Of a stretch of DNA of 64,000 bases, positions 17,901 to 26,259 are shown one piece after another. A model generated the notes under the pieces. It made no database searches. It saw only the letters and a list, made by a program, of their open reading frames with translations, and was not told the DNA's origin. This stretch comes from an uncultured Myxococcales bacterium. GTDB lineage: Bacteria; Myxococcota_A; UBA9042; DTJE01. A program made the position numbers and the translations under genes. The DNA lies in contig CAINDP010000007.1 of assembly GCA_903847405.1 (NCBI GenBank), positions 48,969-112,968 on the forward strand, read 5' to 3'. Numbering within the stretch: position 1 is the stretch's first letter; each line of letters begins with the position of its first letter.

Positions 17901-20423
17901 GTCCGGATCGGCGGCCGTCGGGCCGTAGCCCAGCGGGGACGAGAACTGCGCCTCGGACACCCACTGGATGCCGGAGTAGCGCGAGTCGCCGATCTTCTTC
18001 ATCGACTGGGCCTGGGTCATCTTCTGGGCCGGGGTCATCTTGGAGGCGCCGGGCAGAAGGTCGATGCAGGGGCTGACGACGGGCAGTTTGGTCATCTGGT
18101 CCGCCGAGGCGTTCTTGATCGTGGCCCACGGGGCGTAGAGGTTCGACGCCCACTCGTCGTCGAACAGGGCGCCGCCTTCCACCTGGGGCGTGTACGTGTT
18201 GCGGCACATGACGAACATGTCGGGCAGGGTCGCCTTGATTTCGTCCAGGCGCGTCCAGTCTTCGGCCGTCATCGGCTGGTCATAGCCGGCGCAGCGGCCC
18301 ACGCCGTCCGCGATGTAGCAGGTCACGTCGCCCTTGGACCCGGCCGGGGCCAGGACCATGCGCTGGGAAACGAAGTCGGCGGGCAGGTTGACGCCGTTGC
18401 CGCCGCCCGAAACGCCCTGGTAGCCGGAGTTGCCGCCGTTCTCGATGGCGTACATGCGCAGGCCGGCGTCGATCGACAGGTCCGCCGTCACGCCCGTCAT
18501 GTTGATGACGCGCAGGCCCTTGATGTCGCTCTTGATGGCCGAGGCCTTCGCCAGCGTGGTGCCGTCGTACGCCAGGGTGACGACCGAGTTCACCGGGCAG
18601 TCGCCGTTGATGGACGCGATCTCGGTGCCGCCTTCCATGACGCTGAACTTCACGTTGCTGGCCGGAAGCACGGAGGCGTGGGCCGGGGTGGCCGGGTCCT
18701 GGGAATCCGCCTTCTTCGTGTTGGGGTCCGCGACCAGGGCGGGGACGCCGGTCAGTGCCGTCGTGCCGTTGACCGCGAGGTCCAGCGTGCGGCCATCGGC
18801 CAGGTTGATCAGGCGGACGCCGCACTTCGACAGCAGGTCGGTCGGGTACTTCCAGTCCGGCACCATGGCCGACGTCCCGCCGGGAAGCGCGACGATGGTC
18901 TGGCCGATGGACGTCCACTGGATCTTGCCGCTGGCGGACTTCGGGAGGTCGCCGTTGCTGGCGTCCAGTTCGAACATGCGGTCCACGAGGGCGTGGGTCG
19001 CGCAGTCGGTATCCGTGGCGCAGGTGCGGACCTGGTTCTGGCCCAGGATGCGGCCCTTTTCTTCCCACAGGTACAGCCACGCGACGGTGTCCTTCAGCGT
19101 GTCGCTCCAGGACTTCGCGGTCCGGTAGGAACCGGTCCACATTTCCGCCTTGATCATGGTGTCCAGTTCGCCTTCCTTCGGGGCTTCCGTCGGCAGGTCC
19201 GCGGACACGTGGTACACGACCGGGCGCAGGCCGCGCTCGGTGTAGGGCAGGGGAGTGCGGGAAACGCAGTTGCCGCGGGTGAACCACGTGTCGGCCTGGC
19301 AGAACTCCTTCACGCCGTTCACGTTGGTCGTGTCGCAGCCCGTGTTCGCCAGATCCTTGAAGCAGGGCTTCGGCGTGCAGACGGCATTCGGGTCGGCCGT
19401 CGGGCAGGTTTCCCCGGCGGCGGTGATCGTGACGGGGGTGTCCTGGAAGGACTTGTCCCAGATGTTCCAGCGGTTGATGAACGACACCTTGCCGGTGTCG
19501 GTCAGGCCGTAGTCTGCGTCATACGTGTTGCGCTCGGTCAGGAAGTAGCCGAACAGGACCTGACGGTCCTCGTTGTGGAAGCGCATCGGCTCGTAGTCCT
19601 GCGCCGGGTCCACCTTGCGGAACGCCGTGCGGAACTTGACGACGGCCGGGGCGCAGTCGCCGGTGGACACGCCGTAGATGTCGCAGGCGCCGGTCGAGGC
19701 CGGGTTGCCCCAGGACTTCGTGACGACGTCGAAGTAGTCGGGAGTGAAGGACGGGGCGTCGGGGTTCGTCGGGTCGTCGGACTGCACGTAGTAGTCGATC
19801 GGCGACTGGTCGATGATGCGGGCCATGAACGTGAAGTCGCTGATCAGGTTCTTGGCCCAGTTGACGCGCATGTACTTGCGCTGCCACCACAGGTTGTCCT
19901 TGGTGTTTTCCTCCAGGACGTTCGACTGCTCACCGGTCTGGGGGTTGTACGCCCGGGTGACGTCGAAGTGGGACAGGACCTGGAAGATGGCCACCGGCTG
20001 TCCGACGTACATCTGGGTGAAGCAGCACAGGCGCGTGGGGTCGGTCAGGTTGTCCTTCCCGTCCACGCACTGGTACAGCTCGCTGTCCTTGTTCGTGCAG
20101 GCGTCGTCCCAGTACTTGAACAACTTCTGCTGGTGCCAGGTCTTTTCCGATCCCTCGACGTACTCGACCGTCGGGTAGGCGATCAGCTTGTCTTCCTGGA
20201 TGTCGAAGACGACCTTGCCGGTGGCGCCGAAATTCATCTCGCCGACGAACGACCATGCCCCGCTGTAGGGGATGTCGATCACGGTTTGATTCATGTACCA
20301 GACGCCCGCGAACTGCTTCTTCGCAAGCTGTTCGTGCTGGGTCCGGTCAATGGTGCCGACGTCCGTGGCGCAACCGCCAAGGGCGGCGAGCGCCAGTCCC
20401 ACCAGGAACCATCGGGCCTTCAT
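14964..20423 (-). CDS. Giant lipoprotein zinc metalloprotease, metzincin-like (1819 aa), paralog of the preceding gene
   Basis: ATG at 20423 with RBS GGGAGG. Lipoprotein signal MKARWFLVGLALAALGGC. Zinc site VEHEVGHTMGLRHNF with Met-turn VSSIMDYG. Shared N-terminal blocks with the 1450-aa paralog (GTIDRTQ, VFDIQEDKL, YNPQTGEQSNVLEENTKDNLWWQRKYMRVNW). A ~370-aa Cys-rich insertion follows the zinc site. Confidence 0.85.
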   Translation of the reverse strand: MKARWFLVGLALAALGGCATDVGTIDRTQHEQLAKKQFAGVWYMNQTVIDIPYSGAWSFVGEMNFGATGKVVFDIQEDKLIAYPTVEYVEGSEKTWHQQKLFKYWDDACTNKDSELYQCVDGKDNLTDPTRLCCFTQMYVGQPVAIFQVLSHFDVTRAYNPQTGEQSNVLEENTKDNLWWQRKYMRVNWAKNLISDFTFMARIIDQSPIDYYVQSDDPTNPDAPSFTPDYFDVVTKSWGNPASTGACDIYGVSTGDCAPAVVKFRTAFRKVDPAQDYEPMRFHNEDRQVLFGYFLTERNTYDADYGLTDTGKVSFINRWNIWDKSFQDTPVTITAAGETCPTADPNAVCTPKPCFKDLANTGCDTTNVNGVKEFCQADTWFTRGNCVSRTPLPYTERGLRPVVYHVSADLPTEAPKEGELDTMIKAEMWTGSYRTAKSWSDTLKDTVAWLYLWEEKGRILGQNQVRTCATDTDCATHALVDRMFELDASNGDLPKSASGKIQWTSIGQTIVALPGGTSAMVPDWKYPTDLLSKCGVRLINLADGRTLDLAVNGTTALTGVPALVADPNTKKADSQDPATPAHASVLPASNVKFSVMEGGTEIASINGDCPVNSVVTLAYDGTTLAKASAIKSDIKGLRVINMTGVTADLSIDAGLRMYAIENGGNSGYQGVSGGGNGVNLPADFVSQRMVLAPAGSKGDVTCYIADGVGRCAGYDQPMTAEDWTRLDEIKATLPDMFVMCRNTYTPQVEGGALFDDEWASNLYAPWATIKNASADQMTKLPVVSPCIDLLPGASKMTPAQKMTQAQSMKKIGDSRYSGIQWVSEAQFSSPLGYGPTAADPDSGQVFWGIANIYGAPLTTYGNMYRDLFDLISGKLDTADYVTGENIRTYLKDKAKNAPTEVQAMMAPQAPPQGTPAQTLDPIAGMRQQFDPTQQVLQNQKPISQMDIFKIIRDKNIGTPLASTVPVLSPSLGKQRLAALKGTQYEQLMTNSEVQYALDNDSPVSGSPLEWANIQDIQKRERERQIYLGKHAYCYGEFDDEGMLGMVQSWACIGDDPRPRCDEKTWDALDPANDTGSPCCISSGPMLARSILKRFYTAVVEHEVGHTMGLRHNFAASTDLFNYPDKYYDIRVKEPVPCEVNDECEAALGQYCEGHFCRAKKVETCTKASDCGFANAAVPKYDTFDCIAGQCVEITRCNLHGVCPAGSTCNGDDRVCYSSQDGVKTRVTTPVVNENDGKIMAFIPRAELTDSEAQQSRTIYQVSSIMDYGQRWNSDILDLGKYDKAAIRFGYGGLVDVYNDTEKLQNAVHTYYQSYGQDSESQSSDNLDTTYWGGGIFFSQFYFFNNLIGEKANRSEGDSVRNRTAVPYESLRDEHNMTTNYYQSYLDWTYIQVPYKFSGDEYAGNVGIYTWDTGVDALEIVHNMGIQLHDYYLMDAFKRERYGAGLHGNPVGYMTRVQTRYMDVMRGCGMLYALYSHVLKNYSWRGVWANAKLMGYGLRRASETGFEILASTLASPAPGSYKMNVDKNLFENISYLSGATGSELDIPLSDGKYPYTTFWNGAGYFFWDHAQFYGSFWEKMAALMTLTDSTVYFTTNYVGEQLNIGVGTSIGFNTMYPKQLTELFGGAISDSPQIFAGTAEKGGTYAPRKLFDPRNSSIYATDTLGEIVGTVVPAPYLTEVAASTAPRVEPSIQNITLKLYMMVYGMAYLPASFDPSFLDSFTVCLKGNGNCHDIGATSGIVPQEFSDPFTGKTFVVWAPTYTADWYSPNVVLVEKANAQKALWEAATGADKAAAEVELRNIVEVLDMMRGVYEVFSKMKI

Positions 20424-20734
20424 TGCAACCTCCCACACCCTTGGACTGCAAGGCGGAAGCGGCCTGCTCCCTGCCTGAAAACCGACGTTATATACCTGCA
20501 AACACTCGGCAAGGGAAGCGGCAATTCGCGTCGCGGTGTCCGGTCTCTTCAATCGCAAGAATCGGGCCAATACCGGGGCCCCCGGGCGCCTTCCGGTGCA
20601 CCGAAAGCGGGGAGCGGGGGGCTTCCGGCCGGATTCGGTTGCGGCGTCACGATCCGGACGGCGTGCGGCCGCGGCTTTCCAAGACCGCGCCGGCGTGCTA
20701 TCAGATCAAGGTGTAAGCGCGGAGTTGCCCCACG

Positions 20735-21082
20735 ATGAGCGAGAATCGAAAATCGATCCGGATCCTCACCGACGCCGTCGTGGACGTCGCCTCCGACACC
20801 GAGGTCGTCCTGTTCCACAAGATTCGCGACCTGGGGGAAGGGGGGATCAGCCTCGAGTTCCCGACCCTGGAGCCGGTGGGCTCCCTGGTGGACCTGTCCA
20901 TCTCGCTGCCGACGCTGGACCGCGTGCTGGAATGTTCGGGGGAGGTCGTGCGGTCGATCCTGTCGCCGATGCCGGTCCTGGGCATCCGCTTCACCGGCCT
21001 GTCGGAGCCGCAGGTCGCGCTGTTGCGTCGGTTCCTGGCGATTCGCGCCGGGAATGGCGAGGGCGACGGGGAGGCTCGATGA
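20735..21082 (+). CDS. PilZ-domain protein (c-di-GMP receptor)
   Basis: 115 aa with RKSIR (RxxxR) and DLGEGGIS (DxSxGG-like) motifs. Confidence 0.75.
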   Translation: MSENRKSIRILTDAVVDVASDTEVVLFHKIRDLGEGGISLEFPTLEPVGSLVDLSISLPTLDRVLECSGEVVRSILSPMPVLGIRFTGLSEPQVALLRRFLAIRAGNGEGDGEAR

Positions 21083-21654
21083 GGACCGACGAGGATCTGC
21101 GCGAGGCGAAGACGGCCGAGGCCCGGGCCCGTCAGGCCGTCGTGAAGATGGCCGTCGAGATCCGGCCGATCCTGGGCGAGGACTTCGTCGAGTTCCCGGC
21201 CTACGAAATCCGTCGGCGCTTCGTATCCGCCCCCGACTTCGCCGCCGGCCTGCCGGACGAGGCCATCGGCCGGCTGAAGTCGATGCTGGCGGCCCGCTCC
21301 CTGGAAGTGCGCGACGCCGTGCTTGCGGCCCTGGCCGACCCGGAGGTCTGGCTGGCCGGCGTCGACAGCGAGGGTCCGGGGAAATCCCTGGCCGAAAACG
21401 GCCGGCTGTGGGCACTGACGGTCCCGGTGGCGGACCTGGTGCGCGAGGTGCTGGCCGCGTTCGGGTTCCCGGCGGGGGACGAGCCGATCGAGTACCGCAT
21501 GCCCATGCGGTTCATCCACAAGAAGTTCCTTCCCGGCCTGGCGGAAAAGTACTGGGCGGCGGTGGCCGATCTGCGGGAGGCGCGGGCCCGGGTGCAGGAA
21601 GCCGAGGAAGGCCGGGTGCGCGAAGCGCTGGGCAAGAGATGGGATCGGATGTGA
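21078..21654 (+). CDS. Hypothetical protein (192 aa), translationally coupled to the PilZ gene
   Basis: The ATG at 21078 overlaps the PilZ stop (ATGA). Helical, charged sequence with no recognised motif. Confidence 0.5.
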
Positions 21655-21663
21655 GGTTCAGAG

Positions 21664-21737
21664 TGGCGAAGGAGGGATTTGAACCCCCGACACGGCGGAT
21701 ATGAGCCGCCTGCTCTGACCAACTGAGCTACTTCGCC
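21664..21737 (-). tRNA. tRNA-Met (anticodon CAT), elongator-type
   Basis: The reverse complement folds as GGCGAAG-TA-GCTC-AGTTGGTC-AGAGC-A-GGCGG-CTCATAT-CCGCC-GTGTC-GGGGG-TTCAAAT-CCCTC-CTTCGCC-A, a cloverleaf with a G1:C72 pair. CCA is not encoded. tRNA-Ile2 (lysidine) cannot be excluded from sequence alone. Confidence 0.85.
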
Positions 21738-21796
21738 GGTCACAAAGGCGGGCGGAATTTACATCCTCGGTCGGGACGCTGTCAAGCGGAGGTGCT

Positions 21797-23320
21797 GTGG
21801 TGAAGGCGCGCATGCTGGTCCTTGCGCTGGTCTGCCTGGGGATGCACGACGTTGCGACCGCCGGTCCGAGGCCGTCCGATGCGGGCGGCGGGGCCACGGT
21901 GGCCGTGATCGACCTGTACCTGAACGGCATCGACGCGGTCGCGACGGGCGACTACGGGAAGGCCGTGGGGAAGGCGCTGTCCGGCAGCGGCTACACCGTC
22001 CTGGATCGGGACGAGGTCGCCAACCGGTTCCGCGCGGTCCTCATCGTCCCGGTCCGCAGGCTGCAGGAAGAGCGCCTTGCCGAACTGGAACGCATGGTCA
22101 GCGAAGGGGACCAACTGGTCTACACGGACCCGAAGGCCGCCGTGGAGGTCCTCAGCAAGGCGCGGGCGCAGCTGGAAGCCATCGGCGACGGCGTGTCGGC
22201 GAACGACAAGGTCCGCAGTGAGTTCCTGAAGACGCAGATGCTGCTGGCACGGTCGCACCTGGACTCGGGGAACGAGGCGCGGGCCGGCGACGTGCTGCGC
22301 GAGGTCCTCCGGGCTTACGGCGACGACCTCGAAGTGTCGGACCGGGACTATCACCCCCGGCTGGTCAAGCTGTTCCAGAAGGTCAAGGCGGGCATGCGCG
22401 CGGAGCGGACGGCGACCGTGTCGGTGCAGACCCCCGAGCCCGGCTGCAACGTGCTGCTGGACGGACGGATCCTCGAGGGGGACACGCCCCGGGAATACAA
22501 GAACCTGTATCCCGGCGCGCACTACCTGCAGGTCCGTTGCGGGACGGTGGACAGCCTGATCCGGCGCGTGACCCTGGGCAAGGAACGCGTGCACCTGCTG
22601 GTGGACGTGTCCTTCGAAGCCGCGCTGGCGGTGGACGCCGGGCACCTGGGCCTGGCCTTCCCCGACGCCCGGACCGCCCAGGCCCGCATGGTGCCGTTCG
22701 CGGCGAAGTTCGGCGAACTGGTGGGGGCGGACCTGGTGGTCGTGCAGGGATTCCTGGACGACGGCTCGCGGTCCGAACTGAAAGGTCTGCTGGTGGACGT
22801 GAAGAAGGGCTCGCAGGTCCGTGCGGCCTCCGTGGCGGCCCGGCCCGGCGTCGTGGCCCAGTCCGGCGTCGGCGCGCTGGTGGACCAGTTGATCGGCGAA
22901 GGCGGCGGCACGGCTGCCCGGTACACGCCGCCCTCGGGCCCGGCGGGCCGCAAGGCGTGGTACGAAAACTACTACGGCTGGATCGCCACCGCGGTGGGCG
23001 TGGGCGGGCTGGCCTGGGGCGCCGTGGAAACGGTGTTCTACTTCGATCATCGTTCGAAGGCGACGAAGGCCTATTCCTTCAGCACGCAGGCGGAAGGCGA
23101 GGCCGAGTATCTGCAGAAGGTCTCGGAAGCCAACAAGGCGAACGACGCGGCCACCTACGCCATCGTCGGCTACTCGGTGGGCGGCGCGGCCCTGGTCACC
23201 GGCGTGGTGCTGTTCGCGCTGACCGATCGCATCTGGCCCGGCTCCGATGCGCCGAAGGCCCTGCTGGTCCCGACGGTGGGCCCGGGCGGCGGCGGGATGC
23301 TGCTGTCGATGCCGTTCTAG
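21797..23320 (+). CDS. Secreted/membrane-anchored PEGA-domain protein (507 aa)
   Basis: The GTG at 21797 follows a GGAGG RBS. Signal peptide MVKARMLVLALVCLGMHDVATA. PEGA-like segment VSVQTPEPGCNVLLDG...GDTPREYKNLYPGAHYLQVRCG. C-terminal TM helix (ATYAIVGYSVGGAALVTGVVLFAL). Confidence 0.7.
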   Translation: MVKARMLVLALVCLGMHDVATAGPRPSDAGGGATVAVIDLYLNGIDAVATGDYGKAVGKALSGSGYTVLDRDEVANRFRAVLIVPVRRLQEERLAELERMVSEGDQLVYTDPKAAVEVLSKARAQLEAIGDGVSANDKVRSEFLKTQMLLARSHLDSGNEARAGDVLREVLRAYGDDLEVSDRDYHPRLVKLFQKVKAGMRAERTATVSVQTPEPGCNVLLDGRILEGDTPREYKNLYPGAHYLQVRCGTVDSLIRRVTLGKERVHLLVDVSFEAALAVDAGHLGLAFPDARTAQARMVPFAAKFGELVGADLVVVQGFLDDGSRSELKGLLVDVKKGSQVRAASVAARPGVVAQSGVGALVDQLIGEGGGTAARYTPPSGPAGRKAWYENYYGWIATAVGVGGLAWGAVETVFYFDHRSKATKAYSFSTQAEGEAEYLQKVSEANKANDAATYAIVGYSVGGAALVTGVVLFALTDRIWPGSDAPKALLVPTVGPGGGGMLLSMPF

Positions 23321-24726
23321 GAGGACTTCTTCTTCGCCTTCCCGGCCTTCTCCGGCTTCGCCGACTTCTTCGCCTTCTTTCCCGCGGGCACGGTCACCGG
23401 CTGGACGGTCCGCCACCAGGCGCCCCGATCGGCCATGAGCGCCTCGATGTCGTCCACGGTCTTCGGCAGCGCTTCCGTCAGGACGCGGCGGCCCTTGTCC
23501 GTCACCAGGACGTCGTCCTCGATCCGGATGCCGATCCCCCGCAGCGCCTTGGGCGTGGCGGGCGCGTCGGCGAAGTACAGCCCCGGCTCGATCGTGATGA
23601 CCATGCCCGCGCGCAGGGGGATCGACGCTCCGTCCACGAAGTACGGTCCCACGTCGTGCACGTCCGAGCCCAGCCAGTGGCCGATGCGGTGCATGAAGTA
23701 CGGGCGGTAGGCGCCGGTTTCGATCAGCGACCTGGGCTTGCCCTTCAGTGCGCCCAGATCGACCAGGCCCTCGACCAGGACCTTCAACCCGGCCTCGTGG
23801 ACCTTCGCGTAGGTCGTGCCCGGCTTGACCGCGGCGATGGCGGCCTCCTGGGCCTTCAGCACCCACTCGTACACCCGGCGCTGGAGGGGGGTGAAGCGGC
23901 CGTTCGTCGGGAAGGTTCGCGAGATGTCCGCGGACATCATGTTCCGTTCGGCGCCCGCGTCGATCAGGACCAGGTCGCCGTCACCCAGGGTCGCGTCGTT
24001 GCGGATGTAGTGCAGGGTGGCCGCATTGGCCCCCGAGGCGCAGATTGTCTCGAAGGCCACGCGGTGCGCGCCGCGCCGGCGGAACTCGAACTCGACCACG
24101 GCGGCCAGCTCGCCCTCGTTCATTCCGGGCGTCGCGGCCTGCATCGCGGCCCGGAAGGCGGCGACGGTGATCGCGCAGGCGTCCTCGATGACCTGGACGT
24201 CGTGGGCGCTCTTGACCACCCGCATGTCCCAGAGGATCGACCGGGGATCGATGATCTGCCAGGGGCCGCACAGCCCCTTCCGGGCCTCGCCCTTCAGGGC
24301 CTCGATGGCCAGGGACACGCGGCCCTCGAAGGCGACGTCGAGTCCGAATTCCAGGTACAGGCGCGGCTGGTTGGTCAACAGGCCGGGAAGACGGTCGAAG
24401 AACAGGGCGCTGTCGTAGGCCTCGTCCGCGCCGAAGTCGCGGATGGCGCCTTCGGTGCCGGCGCGCTTGCCGACCCAGGTTTCCATTTCGGGGTCCCGGG
24501 GGCGCACGAACAGCACGTATTTCCTGTCGGCCCCGCGCTTGACCAGGACGGCCATGGTTTCGGGCTCGTCGAAGCCCGTCAGCAGGAACAGGTCGCTGTT
24601 CGTGCGGTACGGGTGGTCCACGTCGCCGTTGCGGACGTGCACGGGCCAGGACTTGAACACCGCCACGCCGTCTTCCATGGCGTCCAGGAAGCGGGTGCGT
24701 CGATCGGCGAACACGTTGTGGGCCAT
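23317..24726 (-). CDS. pepP: Xaa-Pro aminopeptidase (M24B) with a Lys-rich C-terminal tail
   Basis: ATG at 24726 (MAHNVFADRRTRF...). M24 motifs (HYIRND, LVLIDAGAE, HRIGHWLGSDVHD, GMVITIEPGLY). The tail is ...AGKKAKKSAKPEKAGKAKKKSS. The ORF-track extension to 26100 was rejected. Confidence 0.85.
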   Translation of the reverse strand: MAHNVFADRRTRFLDAMEDGVAVFKSWPVHVRNGDVDHPYRTNSDLFLLTGFDEPETMAVLVKRGADRKYVLFVRPRDPEMETWVGKRAGTEGAIRDFGADEAYDSALFFDRLPGLLTNQPRLYLEFGLDVAFEGRVSLAIEALKGEARKGLCGPWQIIDPRSILWDMRVVKSAHDVQVIEDACAITVAAFRAAMQAATPGMNEGELAAVVEFEFRRRGAHRVAFETICASGANAATLHYIRNDATLGDGDLVLIDAGAERNMMSADISRTFPTNGRFTPLQRRVYEWVLKAQEAAIAAVKPGTTYAKVHEAGLKVLVEGLVDLGALKGKPRSLIETGAYRPYFMHRIGHWLGSDVHDVGPYFVDGASIPLRAGMVITIEPGLYFADAPATPKALRGIGIRIEDDVLVTDKGRRVLTEALPKTVDDIEALMADRGAWWRTVQPVTVPAGKKAKKSAKPEKAGKAKKKSS

Positions 24727-24873
24727 GGCGCGTCCTCGGCGTCGGGAGGGGCAGACGATAGCATGGAGCCGGCTGACCCGGGTAGGCTCGTGATGTCGGG
24801 ACCGGGGGGCGCGAACCCTTGATCGATTGAGGCGGCAGCGATACCCTCCGGCCAGACCGAAAAGGGGTTTTCC

Positions 24874-26244
24874 ATGAAGACGTTCGTCGCTGTAGTCGGG
24901 GTGCTGGTGCTGCTGGCCCTGGCCGTGCCTGTGGCCAACCTCGTGGTCGGAGGCCCCTCCGGAACGGCACTGACGAAGCCCGCCCCGACGGATCCGTCGG
25001 TGGCGAAGGTCTCCGCGGTGCTGGAAACCGGGTGCGCCGACTGCCACGTGGAAGGGGTGGCGCTGCCGTTCTACGGGCGCCTTCCGGTGGCGTCCGGCGT
25101 GGTGTCGAAGGACAAGGCGTCCGGCCTGAAGTTCTTCGACCTGATCGCGGCGCTGCGCCCCGGCGCCGATGGGCCGTCCGAGCCGGGCCTGGCCAAGATC
25201 GAGCGCGAAATCGAGTCGGGCCAGATGCCCCCCGCGCGCTACATCGCGCTGCACTGGAATGCGGCCCTGGGCGGTGGCGACAAGGCGGCCGTGCTGGGAT
25301 GGATCCGGGACGTTCGGGTGGCGCAGTTCGCGCCGGCCGGACTGCCCCGCGAGGTTGCCGTCCGTCCGATCCACCCGATCCCCGCGAAGGTGGCCGTGGA
25401 TCCGGCCCGGGCCGCCCTGGGGTTCGCGCTGTACCATGACAAGCGCCTTTCGGGCGACGACACGCTGTCGTGCGCGTCCTGCCACGACCTGGCCAAGGGC
25501 GGCACGGACCAGGCCCGCGTTTCGACCGGCATCCGGGGCCAGAAGGGCGGCATCAACGCGCCGACCACGTTCAACTCGGCGTACCAGTTCGTGCAGTTCT
25601 GGGACGGTCGCGCGGCGACGCTGCAGGACCAGGCCGCCGGCCCGCCGGAGAACCCCGTCGAGATGGGCGCGAAGTTCGATGACATCGTGGCCAAGCTGAC
25701 CGCGGACGAGGCGTTCAAGGCCCAGTTCCTGGCGGCCTATCCCGAGGGCATCACGAAGGCCACGATCACGGACGCCATCGCCCAGTTCGAGCGGACCCTG
25801 GTCACGCCGGATTCGCCGTTCGACCGGTTCCTGCAGGGGAAGGCGGATGCCCTGACGGCAGCCCAGAAGGCCGGGTGGGACCGGTTCCAGGACAACGGCT
25901 GCCAGACCTGCCACGTGGGGCGCCTGCTGGGTGGTCGGTCCTTCGAGCTGATGGGGCGGACGGGCGACTACTTCAAGGCCCGGAGCGGGGAAACGCCGGC
26001 CGACCTGGGGCGCTTCGCGGTGACGAAGAACGAGGGGGACCGGAACAAGTTCAAGGTCCCGACCCTGCGAAACGTCGCGCTGACGTTCCCCTACTTCCAC
26101 GACGGTTCCGCGGCGGACCTGAAGTCCGCGGTCAAGGTGATGGGCGAATACCAGGTGGGGGCGAAACTGAACGATGTTGATGCTGCCGCGATCGTCGCGT
26201 TCCTGGAATCGCTGACCGGGACGTACCAGGGAAAGTCGCTGTAG
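24874..26244 (+). CDS. Tri-heme cytochrome c peroxidase (YhjA-like), membrane-anchored
   Basis: N-terminal TM helix and three CxxCH motifs (CADCH, CASCH, CQTCH). CCP signature FKVPTLRNVALTFPYFHDGSA. Confidence 0.85.
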   Translation: MKTFVAVVGVLVLLALAVPVANLVVGGPSGTALTKPAPTDPSVAKVSAVLETGCADCHVEGVALPFYGRLPVASGVVSKDKASGLKFFDLIAALRPGADGPSEPGLAKIEREIESGQMPPARYIALHWNAALGGGDKAAVLGWIRDVRVAQFAPAGLPREVAVRPIHPIPAKVAVDPARAALGFALYHDKRLSGDDTLSCASCHDLAKGGTDQARVSTGIRGQKGGINAPTTFNSAYQFVQFWDGRAATLQDQAAGPPENPVEMGAKFDDIVAKLTADEAFKAQFLAAYPEGITKATITDAIAQFERTLVTPDSPFDRFLQGKADALTAAQKAGWDRFQDNGCQTCHVGRLLGGRSFELMGRTGDYFKARSGETPADLGRFAVTKNEGDRNKFKVPTLRNVALTFPYFHDGSAADLKSAVKVMGEYQVGAKLNDVDAAAIVAFLESLTGTYQGKSL

Positions 26245-26259
26245 CGCCCCCGAACAAAC

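Noticed and set aside
14715-20738. 2007-aa plus-strand ORF
   Set aside because: It is antisense to the second metalloprotease. It has a low-complexity GC-driven composition (R/G/A/D/V) and no signal or motifs. It is a typical high-GC shadow ORF.
21664-21737. Initiator tRNA-fMet or tRNA-Ile2 assignment for the CAT tRNA
   Set aside because: G1:C72 is paired and there is no triple G-C anticodon stem, so it is not an initiator. Positions 4-5 (G-A) do not match the acceptor-stem determinants I recall for lysidine tRNA-Ile2, so elongator Met was preferred. A residual possibility of Ile2 is noted.
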